DNA of 64,000 nucleotides from contig CABYHW010000001.1 of the NCBI GenBank assembly GCA_902518705.1, positions 114,270 to 178,269 on the forward strand, read 5' to 3'. The DNA comes from an uncultured Alphaproteobacteria bacterium (GTDB taxonomy: Bacteria > Pseudomonadota > Alphaproteobacteria > HIMB59 > GCA-002718135). Every line of letters begins with the position of its first letter. Positions within the stretch are counted from its first letter, which is position 1. A model generated the notes under the pieces. It ran no database searches. It was not told where the DNA came from and saw only the letters and a program-made list of their open reading frames with translations. Shown in pieces: positions 1 to 9,421 of this stretch. The translations under genes were made by a program, and so were the position numbers.

Positions 1-1
1 A

Positions 2-622
2 ATTGAAGAAATTGGAAAAGAAATTTATACCTCTTTAGATACATTTTATATTAATAAGCGTGAAAAAAATCCTGTAGAAAATTTTAACTGGCAATTTGCT
101 TTAATTGAGTCTGAAACAAAAAATGCATGGTGTATGCCTGGTGGTAAAATTGCTTTCTACACTGGTATACTTCCAGTTTGTAAAAATGATGACGGGATTG
201 CAGCAGTTATGGGACATGAAATCGCACATGCATTTGCTAGACACACCGTTGAAAAATTAACTCAAGCATCTATGATGCAAATGGCAACAATTGGAATATC
301 GCGAAGTAGATACGCTGAACTTTTAAATAAATCTTTTAGAGTTGGTAACGTAGGTGGCAATGTTTACAACTCAGTGGTTAAGTATGGTATTTTTCTTCCA
401 TTTAGTAGAAAAATGGAAAGTGAAGCTGATTATTTAGGTATGGGATTTATGAACCTTGCAGGTTTTAATATAAAGGAGCCTGCTAAACTATGGCAAAGAA
501 TGATGGCAGGTCAAGAAGGGAGGGTGCCTGAATTTATGGGATCACATCCAAGTCCTGATAATAGATCAAAAAAGTTTCTTGAATGGGAAAGTGAAATTTT
601 AGATAAATTTCCCCAAGTTTAA
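2..622 (+). CDS. M48-family Zn metallopeptidase (5' end cut by window edge)
   Basis: Frame 2 is open from base 2. It reads ...NAWCMPGGKIAFYTGIL... then HEIAHAFARH (HExxH) and ESEADYLG, typical of M48 (YcaL/LoiP-like) peptidases. The listed ORF 134..622 is only the part after an internal Met. Confidence 0.8.
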   Translation: MEEIGKEIYTSLDTFYINKREKNPVENFNWQFALIESETKNAWCMPGGKIAFYTGILPVCKNDDGIAAVMGHEIAHAFARHTVEKLTQASMMQMATIGISRSRYAELLNKSFRVGNVGGNVYNSVVKYGIFLPFSRKMESEADYLGMGFMNLAGFNIKEPAKLWQRMMAGQEGRVPEFMGSHPSPDNRSKKFLEWESEILDKFPQV

Positions 623-643
623 TTTTAGTGTAATAGGTATTTT

Positions 644-1690
644 ATGATTGCTGTTGAAGTTAAAGATCTTAATTACTCTATTAATAATAAAAAAATTTTA
701 AATAATATTAATTTTAATCTCAATAAAGATAGTATCTCTTGTATTTTGGGACCGTCAGGTAGTGGAAAAACTACTTTATTAAAACTCATAGCAGGTCTTG
801 AAAAAGTACAGTCAGGTAAAATTATTATTAATGGTGAAGAAGTAAGTAGTACTGCAAAGCACTTACCTACAGAAAAAAGAAAAATCGGTTTTTTATTTCA
901 AGATTACGCTTTATTCCCGCATTTGACAGTAAAAGAAAATTTGAGATTTCCAACTAATGCAAAAAATTCAACTAACAATGTTGATGAAATTATTGAATTA
1001 ATTAAATTACCAAATTCACTAGATAAATACCCACACGAGTTAAGTGGTGGTGAACAACAGAGAGTTGCTCTTGCACGATCTATAATTTCACAACCTGATT
1101 TACTTTTATTAGATGAGCCTTTTTCAAGTTTGGATTTAAGCCTTCGAGAAGAGGTGAGAGATGATACGCTTCATCTTTTACAAAAATCAAATGTGTCTGT
1201 AATTATAGTCACTCATGATCCTTTCGAAGCAATGTTTATCTCAAATCATATAAATATTTTTGATAAATCAGGTTCGATTGTACAATCAGGAACTCCAAAT
1301 GATCTCTATAACAACCCAAAAAATTCATATGTTACAGGTTTTTTTGGTGAAACAAATAAATTTGAAGGTGTCGTTAAAGAATCTCACATTTACACACCGG
1401 TTGGGAAAATTAAAACACCTGGAAATTTAGAAGGTGAAAAAGTTGTAGTACACATAAGACCTCAAGGTATAAAACTCAACAAACAACCAACACCAGTTAA
1501 TGGAATTAAGGGAACCGTTATGGCATCAAAATTAATGGGTTCATTTAGTTTTATCCATTTATCTGTGTTAGATAATAATAATGAAGTTGTTCATGTTCAT
1601 AGCCACATGCCTGCTGACTTTAATCCAAAACAATCGTCTGCAGTCGAGATAGAAATTGATAATGATCAGGCTTACATATTTAAGAATTAA
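644..1690 (+). CDS. fbpC: ABC transporter ATP-binding protein, Fe(III)/polyamine-type (FbpC-like)
   Basis: Walker A GPSGSGKTT, signature LSGGEQQRVALAR, Walker B LLLLDEP, and a C-terminal TOBE-like extension. It sits next to the Fe(III) permease and SBP genes, convergent with them. Confidence 0.75.
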   Translation: MIAVEVKDLNYSINNKKILNNINFNLNKDSISCILGPSGSGKTTLLKLIAGLEKVQSGKIIINGEEVSSTAKHLPTEKRKIGFLFQDYALFPHLTVKENLRFPTNAKNSTNNVDEIIELIKLPNSLDKYPHELSGGEQQRVALARSIISQPDLLLLDEPFSSLDLSLREEVRDDTLHLLQKSNVSVIIVTHDPFEAMFISNHINIFDKSGSIVQSGTPNDLYNNPKNSYVTGFFGETNKFEGVVKESHIYTPVGKIKTPGNLEGEKVVVHIRPQGIKLNKQPTPVNGIKGTVMASKLMGSFSFIHLSVLDNNNEVVHVHSHMPADFNPKQSSAVEIEIDNDQAYIFKN

Positions 1691-1693
1691 GTT

Positions 1694-3289
1694 TTAGTTT
1701 TTTATTGATTTAGTAATTGTTCTGTTAAGAAAAATTACTGGTCCTAATCCTGCAATAACGATAATTAGAGCTGCAAATGCTGATTCCTCCAACATTTCAT
1801 CAGAGGCATATTGATAAACATAAGTTGCTAGTGTCTCAAAATTAAATGGTCTTAATAAAAGAGTTATTGGAAGTTCTTTTAAGATGTCTACGAAAACTAA
1901 TATTCCTCCAACTAATAAATTTGTATACAGCAAGGGTAATATAATTTTTCTTATACTTTTGAAAAAACCAACACCCATTGTTCTGGATGCATCTAATAAG
2001 TTTGGATGAATTCTTGAAATACCTGATGTAATGGCTCCATTACCAACAGCTAAAAATCTTATACTATAGGCAAATAATAAAATTATAAATCCGCCAACAG
2101 CATAACTCATACGAAAATAAATTAAATCATTAAGCCACCCAACAAATACCACTATTCCAACAGCAAGAATTGTTCCAGGAAAAGCATAACCAGAAGACGC
2201 AAAAAATATTAAAATTTTTTGGAAATTATTTGATTTATATGCTCCAACTATAATCATTAATAAGGAGAGCAACATAATGAATGATGAAGAAATAAATGCT
2301 AAGGATATGCTTGAAAGTGTTATTTGAAAAATTTCAATAAAATTTATTATAGAATAACCTTTAATTACAAAATTCAATAAAATTAAAACAGGTATTATAA
2401 AACCAAGACTTAAAGGTATTAGGCAAATTAAAAACAATAAAGAATTTTTAACACCAGAAACTGTTTGGGTTGGTGTATAAGATGCACCACTGTACTTTTC
2501 ATGAAATTTTCTACTACGCCTACCCAAATACTCTAAAGTTAAAAGTACTATAACAATCATAAATAAAATACTAGAAATCTGTGATGCGCCAGATAGACTA
2601 TTCATTCCTAGCCAAACATTAAATACACCTAAGGTTAATGTTTCAATTGCAAAATAATCAACTGTCCCAAAATCAGAAATTGTTTCCATTAATACTAAGG
2701 CCAAACCAGCAATTATACCTGGACGACCAAATGGAATAGCAACATTGAAGAAGGAATTCCTTCCATAAATAGAACTAGTTTGAAAAAAAGATATAGGTGT
2801 CGTTATAAATGATGCTCTAGTCATTAAATATACATATGGATACAATACAGAAGACATTACCAAAATTGCACCTCCCATTGATCGCACATTTGGAAACCAG
2901 TAATCTTTCGAGCTCGTCCAACCAAATATGTCTCTTAACAATGATTGAAGAGGACCAGCATATTCAAAAAAGTCGGTATAAGTATAGGCAATGATATAAG
3001 CTGGGACAGCAGCTGGTAATAATAACATCCATTCAAAAAATTTTTTCCCAAAAAAATTATATCTTGTCACTATCCAAGCAGTAGTCAAACCAAAGACTAA
3101 ACTTAATCCTCCAACACCAAACATTAGAATTATTGTATTGGTAAAATATCTCGGTAAAACAGTAGAAAATAGGTGTGGCCATAGTGATGTATCGCCTAGG
3201 ATCGCGTAATAAAATATTGAAAAAATAGGGGCGATAATTACTAAAGCAATTATCGCCACAGAATTGGACCATAAATTAAAATTTATCAA
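1694..3289 (-). CDS. fbpB: Fe(III) ABC transporter permease (duplicated-domain FbpB type)
   Basis: 531 aa polytopic membrane protein, about twice the length of a single ABC permease domain as in FbpB/SfuB. Directly downstream of the Fe(III)-binding protein gene. Confidence 0.8.
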   Translation of the reverse strand: MINFNLWSNSVAIIALVIIAPIFSIFYYAILGDTSLWPHLFSTVLPRYFTNTIILMFGVGGLSLVFGLTTAWIVTRYNFFGKKFFEWMLLLPAAVPAYIIAYTYTDFFEYAGPLQSLLRDIFGWTSSKDYWFPNVRSMGGAILVMSSVLYPYVYLMTRASFITTPISFFQTSSIYGRNSFFNVAIPFGRPGIIAGLALVLMETISDFGTVDYFAIETLTLGVFNVWLGMNSLSGASQISSILFMIVIVLLTLEYLGRRSRKFHEKYSGASYTPTQTVSGVKNSLLFLICLIPLSLGFIIPVLILLNFVIKGYSIINFIEIFQITLSSISLAFISSSFIMLLSLLMIIVGAYKSNNFQKILIFFASSGYAFPGTILAVGIVVFVGWLNDLIYFRMSYAVGGFIILLFAYSIRFLAVGNGAITSGISRIHPNLLDASRTMGVGFFKSIRKIILPLLYTNLLVGGILVFVDILKELPITLLLRPFNFETLATYVYQYASDEMLEESAFAALIIVIAGLGPVIFLNRTITKSIKN

Positions 3290-3306
3290 AACAGTTAACC
3301 TATAAT

Positions 3307-4320
3307 TTACCAGCCTACTCTATCAATGATTTTCTGAGCTACAGGAGCAAGTTCTGCAAGTTTTTCAACAGGCAGTTTATCTTCTTTAAACTCGCCCCAT
3401 GATTTTAACTCATCAGTTAATTGCATATCTGGATTAACCGGATATTCATAGTTTATAGAACTGTACAGGGTTTGTGCTTTTGGCTGAGTTAGAAATTCAA
3501 GTAGTGCAATCGCATTGTCTTTATTTTTAGAGTACTTAATAACACCTCCACCAGCAACATTAATGTGATTCCCTCTGTCTTCTTGATTAGTAAAAACTAA
3601 CTCTATTGAGTTAGCCCACTCTTTTTGTTCTGGATTCTTTTCATTAAATTTCATTTTTCCAAAATAATAGGTATTCATTATAGCAATATCACACACACCT
3701 TCATAAATTGCTTTTGCTTGAGCTCTATCATTCCCCTCAGGTTTACGTGCTAAATTTGCAACAACGCCTGCAGCCCATTCTTCAGCAATAACTTCTCCAT
3801 TTGCAGCAATTATTGAAGCTAATAGTGATCTATTGTAGTCATGGCTACCAGGTCTTGTACAAATTTTACCTTTCCATTTTGGATCAGATAAATCTTCTAT
3901 TCTTTTAATTGAGTCTGTAGATAATCTTTCTTTTGATATTGCAACAATTCTAGCTCTCTTTGAAAGTGCAAACCATTTATTATTACTGTCTCTTAAATGA
4001 TTTGGAATATTCATATTTAAAATATCTGAGTTAATTGGTTGCAAAATATCCTTTTCAACAAATTGGTTTAACCTTGCTATATCAACTGTTAATACCAAGT
4101 CAGCAGGTGTATCTTCACCTTCAGCTAGAACTCTTTCTAGTAATCCTTTTTTTGCATGTAAAACATTTACCTTTATGCCAGTCGATTTTGTAAATTCCTC
4201 AAAGAATGGATCTATTAAAATTGGCTGCCTGTAAGAATAAACATTAACCTCTTTGGCAAACAAGTTTAGTGAAATGGTGGATGCAATTAGTATTAATAGT
4301 AATCTAAAAATAATTTTCAT
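3307..4320 (-). CDS. fbpA: Periplasmic Fe(III)-binding protein (FbpA/SfuA/AfuA family)
   Basis: Signal peptide MKIIFRLLLILIASTISLNLFA. Length and sequence are typical of the ferric SBP family (VNVYSYRQP..., ...TRPGSHDYNRSL...). First gene of the fbpA-fbpB pair. Confidence 0.8.
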   Translation of the reverse strand: MKIIFRLLLILIASTISLNLFAKEVNVYSYRQPILIDPFFEEFTKSTGIKVNVLHAKKGLLERVLAEGEDTPADLVLTVDIARLNQFVEKDILQPINSDILNMNIPNHLRDSNNKWFALSKRARIVAISKERLSTDSIKRIEDLSDPKWKGKICTRPGSHDYNRSLLASIIAANGEVIAEEWAAGVVANLARKPEGNDRAQAKAIYEGVCDIAIMNTYYFGKMKFNEKNPEQKEWANSIELVFTNQEDRGNHINVAGGGVIKYSKNKDNAIALLEFLTQPKAQTLYSSINYEYPVNPDMQLTDELKSWGEFKEDKLPVEKLAELAPVAQKIIDRVGW

Positions 4321-4337
4321 ATAACATTCCTTTTTTT

Positions 4338-4360
4338 GTGGAGATAATAAATATCTCCAC
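4338..4360 (-). promoter_or_regulatory. Perfect 9-bp-arm palindrome/hairpin in the fbpA 5' leader
   Basis: GTGGAGATA-ATAAA-TATCTCCAC. On the mRNA strand it lies about 14 nt upstream of the ATG and is followed by AAAAAAAGGAA (SD). It contains one GATAAT hexamer. Confidence 0.5.
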
Positions 4361-4479
4361 GTTCTATGATTAAGAATCTTATTAAAAATTATCAGAATAC
4401 GAATGTAGATCTATATAAATTTTTTTTTAATATCAGTGTTGTTAAAATTCATAAAATTAGATTTATTCTAAATTTAAAG

Positions 4480-4508
4480 TTAAAAATGTTGGGGCCACTT
4501 TGGGCCCC
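4480..4508 (-). terminator. Putative intrinsic terminator of ibpA
   Basis: On the minus strand, GGGGCC-CAAAGT-GGCCCC (4491..4508) sits 9 nt after the ibpA stop. It is followed by AACAUUUUUAAC, so the U-tract is imperfect. Confidence 0.5.
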
Positions 4509-4517
4509 TATCCTAAA

Positions 4518-4955
4518 CTACTTTATTGAAATTAGTCTAGCTTTTTTTTCTTCTGGAATAATTCTCTCCAAATCAATCGCTAAAAGTCCATTCTTCAATT
4601 CAGCATCTTTAACTTTGATGTCTTCTGAAATTGTGAACGATCTTTCAAACTGTCTTGTTGAGATTCCTTTATGGATTACACCATTACCATTTTCATTAAC
4701 CACTTTTTCTTTAGGTTTATTTCTAACAGTTAGGTTGTTTTCTTTTAATTCAATCTCAATATCTTCTTTACTATATCCAGCGAGAGCAACTTCAATTTTA
4801 TAGTTATGCTCATCAACTCTATGAATATTGTAAGGTGGATAATTTGTATTGTATCTTTCCGTAGACTCCAACATTCTATCAAATTCATCAAAAATTGAGT
4901 CAAATCCAACAGAGAATGGTCTAAGAGAATTCCAAACGGATAGGTTTCTAGTCAT
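4518..4955 (-). CDS. ibpA: Small heat-shock protein, Hsp20/alpha-crystallin family
   Basis: MTRNLSVWNSLRPFSVGFDSIFDEFDRM...YPPYNI...YKIEVALAGYSKEDIEIE... is a classic IbpA-like sequence. I use the ATG at 4955, preceded by AAAGGAG, rather than the upstream ORF start at 4997. Confidence 0.9.
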   Translation of the reverse strand: MTRNLSVWNSLRPFSVGFDSIFDEFDRMLESTERYNTNYPPYNIHRVDEHNYKIEVALAGYSKEDIEIELKENNLTVRNKPKEKVVNENGNGVIHKGISTRQFERSFTISEDIKVKDAELKNGLLAIDLERIIPEEKKARLISIK

Positions 4956-4958
4956 AAT

Positions 4959-4979
4959 AACTCCTTTATTAAGCAAGTT
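4959..4979 (-). promoter_or_regulatory. ROSE-like RNA thermometer hairpin occluding the ibpA Shine-Dalgarno
   Basis: The mRNA reads AACUUGCUU-AAUA-AAGGAGUU. UUGCU pairs with AGGAG leaving a single bulged G, the hallmark U(U/C)GCU/SD arrangement of ROSE elements. The AUG lies 4 nt downstream. Confidence 0.55.
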
Positions 4980-5018
4980 TATTTTGTCCGCACCCACAAT
5001 GGCATACAGACAACTGTT

Positions 5019-5046
5019 ATGTGGGGATGATTGTGTTTAATTCAAG
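5019..5046 (-). promoter_or_regulatory. Sigma-32 (RpoH)-type heat-shock promoter of ibpA
   Basis: The minus strand reads CTTGAA-N14-CCCCACAT. The E. coli-type consensus is CTTGAAA-N13-15-CCCCATNT. Confidence 0.6.
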
Positions 5047-5052
5047 TCTTTG

Positions 5053-5709
5053 TTATTTTTTTCTTATAAATGATAATCCATCAGATAATGGCAGAAGAGA
5101 GAATTCCACCCTTGTGTCATTTTGTATTTTTAAATTTAAATCACGGATAGTTTTTGTTTGAGAGTCTTGTTTAGTTTCATCAGCCACATCGCCGTGCCAA
5201 AGCATATTATCAATAATTATTATTCCATTAGAAACTAATAGGTTCAGCGAAAGTTCATAATAATTTGGATAATTATTTTTATCAGCATCTATAAAAATTA
5301 AATCATAACTCTGTTGACGGTCTATCATGCTTTGCATTACCTCAACACCATCTCCAATAATCGATTCAATTTTTGAGCTCATATTATCTAATTCCCAATA
5401 TTTTTTTGCTAAGGATAAAAATTCATCTGAATTATCAACAGTTACGATTTTTCCTGTTTCAGGTAGACCTCTAGCCAAAAACAAAGTGCTCATCCCTGTA
5501 AACCTTCCAATTTCTAAACAGTTTTTAGCATTGGAAATTTTAGTTATCATTTTTAAAAACTGACCTTGTTCTTTTGCAATCTGCATTTGAGAAACACTAC
5601 CAAGTTTTAAAGTTTCATTTTCTAGCTCAGTAATTATTTTATCTTCTCGGTAACCTACGCTTTGTAAGTATTGCACAAGTACTTCATTAATTTCAGTTTG
5701 AGTGCTCAT
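5053..5709 (-). CDS. SAM-dependent O-methyltransferase, family 3 (caffeoyl-CoA OMT-like)
   Basis: LEIGRFTGMSTLFLARGLPETGKIVTVD ... DLIFIDADKNNYPNYYE is the characteristic class I MTase / OMT family 3 pattern. Confidence 0.8.
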   Translation of the reverse strand: MSTQTEINEVLVQYLQSVGYREDKIITELENETLKLGSVSQMQIAKEQGQFLKMITKISNAKNCLEIGRFTGMSTLFLARGLPETGKIVTVDNSDEFLSLAKKYWELDNMSSKIESIIGDGVEVMQSMIDRQQSYDLIFIDADKNNYPNYYELSLNLLVSNGIIIIDNMLWHGDVADETKQDSQTKTIRDLNLKIQNDTRVEFSLLPLSDGLSFIRKK

Positions 5710-7019
5710 TAATTTATAGTTTCAAATATTTCAGATAGTTTTTGAGTTTTTTTATCTGAAATAATGAAACAGCCTTTTATTTTATTTATTAAATTATCAT
5801 CTATATTTTTACTTGAGTATAAACTTAACAGAGGAGTTGAGGAATTCACTTCATCACCAATATTGAGAACATTGTCATATCCAACTCCATAATTTATTTT
5901 ATCGGTAACCTGTTGTCTTCCACCTCCAAGTTCAATAAGTATCAGGCCTAATTCTCTGGTATGAATATTTTCTATCCATCCACCTTCAATAGAAAATATG
6001 TCTTTTTGAATAGATGTATTAGTTAGATCTTTTTCATAAGATGTTAAAATATTTTTTGGCCCACCCAAGGCTGCAACCATCATTTCGAATTTTTCTGCAG
6101 CTAGTCCATTATTAATAACCGTATTAATTTTATTATAAGCCTCTTCTTTTGAAATTTTATAAATGTTTACTAATAGCGAAGATATTAATTCATTAGTGAT
6201 CTTCTCTAATCGATGATCTTTAAAATCATTTTTAATATATTTTATGCATTCTAATATCTCAAGTGTGTGACCAGCACTTTTACCTAAGACCTGATTCATA
6301 TCTGTTAATATAGCTTCACAATGTAATCCTGCTCCTTTAGCGACTCTTACTAAGGAGTTAGATAAATCTCTTGCTATATCAATAGTGCTATTAAAAGATC
6401 CATTACCAACTTTTACATCAAGGACTAACGATGAAAGACCGCTTGCAATTTTTTTTGAAAGAATAGATGATGTTATTAAAGGTAAAGATTCTACTGTACC
6501 TACAATATCCCTTATAGAATATAATTTTTTATCAGCTGGTGCTAAGTTTGAAGTTTGACCAATAATTGCACAACCAACGTCTTTTACTACTTTTTTAAAA
6601 GTTTCTAAATCAGGCTTTGTATTGTACCCGGGTATTGAATCAAATTTATCTAGAGTACCACCGGTATGACCCAAACCTCTGCCTGAAATCATAGGTACAT
6701 ACAGTCCACAAGCTGCAAGTATTGGTGCTAATATAACGCTCGTCTTGTCTCCAACACCGCCAGTTGAGTGCTTATCACAAACTAGCTCAGAATCTACAAT
6801 GTCAGACCAATTCAGTGTATCGCCTGAGTTCGTCATCGCTTCAGTTAAACAAACAGTTTCTTCAGGCGTCATTCCATTTGAAAATATTGCCATGCTCATT
6901 GCTGCAATTTGTGCATCTGAAAAAGATCCATTTGTTAAACCGTCAACAAAAAAGTTGATATCTTCTTTTGATAGATCTTTGTTGTCTCTTTTTTTTCTAA
7001 TTATCTCTTGAGGTATCAT
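5709..7019 (-). CDS. deoA: Thymidine (pyrimidine-nucleoside) phosphorylase
   Basis: MIPQEIIRKKRDNKDLSKEDINFFVDG..., DKHSTGGVGDKTS, SGRGLGHTGGTLDK; 436 aa. Confidence 0.9.
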   Translation of the reverse strand: MIPQEIIRKKRDNKDLSKEDINFFVDGLTNGSFSDAQIAAMSMAIFSNGMTPEETVCLTEAMTNSGDTLNWSDIVDSELVCDKHSTGGVGDKTSVILAPILAACGLYVPMISGRGLGHTGGTLDKFDSIPGYNTKPDLETFKKVVKDVGCAIIGQTSNLAPADKKLYSIRDIVGTVESLPLITSSILSKKIASGLSSLVLDVKVGNGSFNSTIDIARDLSNSLVRVAKGAGLHCEAILTDMNQVLGKSAGHTLEILECIKYIKNDFKDHRLEKITNELISSLLVNIYKISKEEAYNKINTVINNGLAAEKFEMMVAALGGPKNILTSYEKDLTNTSIQKDIFSIEGGWIENIHTRELGLILIELGGGRQQVTDKINYGVGYDNVLNIGDEVNSSTPLLSLYSSKNIDDNLINKIKGCFIISDKKTQKLSEIFETIN

Positions 7020-7827
7020 CGAATTGAACTTCTTGTATAAATTGTTTAATTAAATTTAAAACATTGTTCTCTGCTAAACTTGCATTCTCTAAAGTTTCCT
7101 GATGACTTAATTTCGTTTTATTCATACCAGCAGCTAAGTTGGTGATTACGCTAATACCAATAACGGGAAGTCCGCAATGATTAGCAACTAATACTTCTGG
7201 TACTGTAGACATTCCAACTGCATTTCCACCTATTACTTTTAAGGCATTGATTTCAGCAGGGGTTTCAAAATTTGGTCCTGAGTACATACAATAGATACCT
7301 TCACAAATTTTTTGATCTATTTTTTTAGCGACTTGTATTAACTGATCTCTATAAAACTTGTGATACCCATCACTCATATCATGAAAGCGAGGGCCATACT
7401 CTTCAGCATTGGGTCCAATAAGTGGATTGAAACCACTCCAGTTAATATGATCTTTAATTGCCATTAGACTGCCAGCCGGCATAGCTTCATTTAAACTACC
7501 TGCTGCATTTGTAACAACTAATAACTTGCACCCAATGTCCTTTAATACTCTTATGGGTAAAGCTAAACTTTGAGGATTATGCCCCTCATAAATATGTGAT
7601 CTTCCATACATACAAACAACATTTAAAGTGTTTATTTTTCCTAAAACTAATTTACCTGCGTGACCTTTGACAGTTGGCTGTGGAAAATCAGATAATTGTT
7701 CATATGAAATTGATTCTTGAATATCTTTTTCTTCAAAAAAATTAGTTAGACCACTTCCTAAAATTACAGCAATGTCTGGTGAAGTATTATTTGTTATTTC
7801 TAGAAATTTTTTGGCCGAAGGTAGCAT
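6997..7827 (-). CDS. Purine nucleoside phosphorylase (trimeric PNP/MTAP family)
   Basis: ILGSGL..., HAGKLVLG..., GRSHIYEG..., NAAGSLN, MSTVPEV motifs. Overlaps deoA by 23 nt. Confidence 0.85.
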   Translation of the reverse strand: MLPSAKKFLEITNNTSPDIAVILGSGLTNFFEEKDIQESISYEQLSDFPQPTVKGHAGKLVLGKINTLNVVCMYGRSHIYEGHNPQSLALPIRVLKDIGCKLLVVTNAAGSLNEAMPAGSLMAIKDHINWSGFNPLIGPNAEEYGPRFHDMSDGYHKFYRDQLIQVAKKIDQKICEGIYCMYSGPNFETPAEINALKVIGGNAVGMSTVPEVLVANHCGLPVIGISVITNLAAGMNKTKLSHQETLENASLAENNVLNLIKQFIQEVQFDDTSRDN

Positions 7828-8243
7828 TAAAGATTCTCTGGGCCAAAAGAATCTGGGAGTAATTCTTCTAGCGTAGATGTTTTCATATGACCATTTTCGT
7901 TACACATATGAATCTTAGTATCTAAAGTAGCAAATTCTCTTAACCTCTGTCTACAACCACCACAAGGTGAGCATAATAATTCACCTGAACCTATAACCAC
8001 AACTTCTAAAATTTTTTTGTTTCCATTAGATATCATATTTCCAATTGCTGTTGCTTCGGCACACTGGGATTGAGGATAGGCTGCATTTTCAACATTACAG
8101 CCAGTAATAATTTTACTATCTTCTGTTAGAAAAGCTGCTCCTACTTTAAAATTTGAATATGGCACATGAGCTTGCTCTCTAACTTTTTTTGCAGCCTTAA
8201 ATAAAGTATCAAAATTTTCTGAAACCATATTCTTGTTTAACAT
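7827..8243 (-). CDS. cdd: Cytidine deaminase
   Basis: Zn-binding motifs CAEATAI and CSPCGGCRQ; 138 aa. 1-nt overlap with the PNP gene. Confidence 0.9.
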   Translation of the reverse strand: MLNKNMVSENFDTLFKAAKKVREQAHVPYSNFKVGAAFLTEDSKIITGCNVENAAYPQSQCAEATAIGNMISNGNKKILEVVVIGSGELLCSPCGGCRQRLREFATLDTKIHMCNENGHMKTSTLEELLPDSFGPENL

Positions 8244-8269
8244 GAAATTACTAAAAAAATTATTTATTT

Positions 8270-9421
8270 CTAAATCTTAAACAAATCTTGAGACAAATCA
8301 GGAAGTTCATCTCCCCAAAAAACTTCTTTACGTAAAAATTCTGGATCTTGGTTAAAACAAACAGACATTGCAGAATTATAAACAGCCCTTGAGTCAATAG
8401 TCGAATTTAGATCTCTTCCCTCAAATAATTCTTTCTTTTTTAGTCCAGGCCAATCTGTATAAACTTGAGATTTATTTAGCAAGCCTCCAGCCATTAGTAT
8501 TGCACTTCCATATCCATGCTCAGTTCCATAGCCTCCATTTTGTTTTATAGTTCGGCCAAATTCAGTTAGAGTAAGAATAAGAGTATTATCAAACGCTTGG
8601 CCAAGATTTTCATGTAAAATAGTAACAATTTTATTTACTTCTTCTAGTTCATCAGCATGCGCTCCATCAACACCTCCTTGAGCAGCATGGGTATCAAAAC
8701 CATCTAAATCAAATACAGCAACTCGAGGACCACTTTGATCTTTTAATTGTTTAGCAGCTTCAAGAGCAAGTTTTTTTCTATCATCAGAGTCAGTAGCTAT
8801 TTGCATAGACAATGGTCTTTGTCTAATTGTATCAAGTGTAGATTTAATTAGCTCATTATGCTCACCCTTAAATTCATTATAAATTTGATCTATTAACTTT
8901 GTTTCAACAAAATCTGGTGATGGGAAGAAGTTATTATTCTGTGGCACACCTCTTAATAAAAGTGGCATTGGTAAAGATATTGCCAAACCTTTTCCTATAA
9001 TATTTGAAGCTAGTAACCCCCTACCAAGCCATCCTGTTTTTTCTTTGTATGGAATGTGTGCTCCAGTTTCCATTAAATTTTGTCCATCAAAATGTGATCT
9101 GCCTGTGTAAGGAATATTTGTTGCATGAACAAATGCCGCTTGATTTTTTTGCCAGAGTTTATGAAAAATTTCTAATTTAGGATGAAGGCCGAAGTCGCTG
9201 TTCAAATTAAGAACGTCTTCCAAAATGAGTTTTTTTCTTAATTTTTTGAGACGTTTATCTCCAATAACAGGAACAGCTGTTAAACCATCCATTCCTCCAC
9301 GAAGTGATATAATAATTAGATTTTTTTTCTGCATTGAAGCGAAACTTATTTTAGGAAAATATCCAGAAAGAAATAATGTTGTTGATCCTCCAATTAAAAA
9401 ATTTCTTCTTGTGCAGTTCAT
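8270..9421 (-). CDS. DUF1501-family protein (sulfatase/alkaline-phosphatase-like fold), Tat-exported
   Basis: Twin-arginine signal MNCTRRNFLIGGSTTLF. The conserved C-terminal TEFGRT...GT(E/D)HG pattern (TLTEFGRTIKQNGGYGTEHGYGS) is typical of DUF1501. Confidence 0.75.
   Translation of the reverse strand: MNCTRRNFLIGGSTTLFLSGYFPKISFASMQKKNLIIISLRGGMDGLTAVPVIGDKRLKKLRKKLILEDVLNLNSDFGLHPKLEIFHKLWQKNQAAFVHATNIPYTGRSHFDGQNLMETGAHIPYKEKTGWLGRGLLASNIIGKGLAISLPMPLLLRGVPQNNNFFPSPDFVETKLIDQIYNEFKGEHNELIKSTLDTIRQRPLSMQIATDSDDRKKLALEAAKQLKDQSGPRVAVFDLDGFDTHAAQGGVDGAHADELEEVNKIVTILHENLGQAFDNTLILTLTEFGRTIKQNGGYGTEHGYGSAILMAGGLLNKSQVYTDWPGLKKKELFEGRDLNSTIDSRAVYNSAMSVCFNQDPEFLRKEVFWGDELPDLSQDLFKI

Noticed and set aside
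3057-3272. 71-aa same-strand alternate-frame ORF inside the Fe(III) permease gene.
   Set aside because: It is nested in a well-supported membrane-protein frame, and there is no evidence for overprinting.
4366-4803. 145-aa plus-strand ORF overlapping ibpA and its terminator region.
   Set aside because: It is antisense to the clear Hsp20 gene. Its 5' part lies in the AT-rich fbpA promoter region, and its translation is low-complexity.
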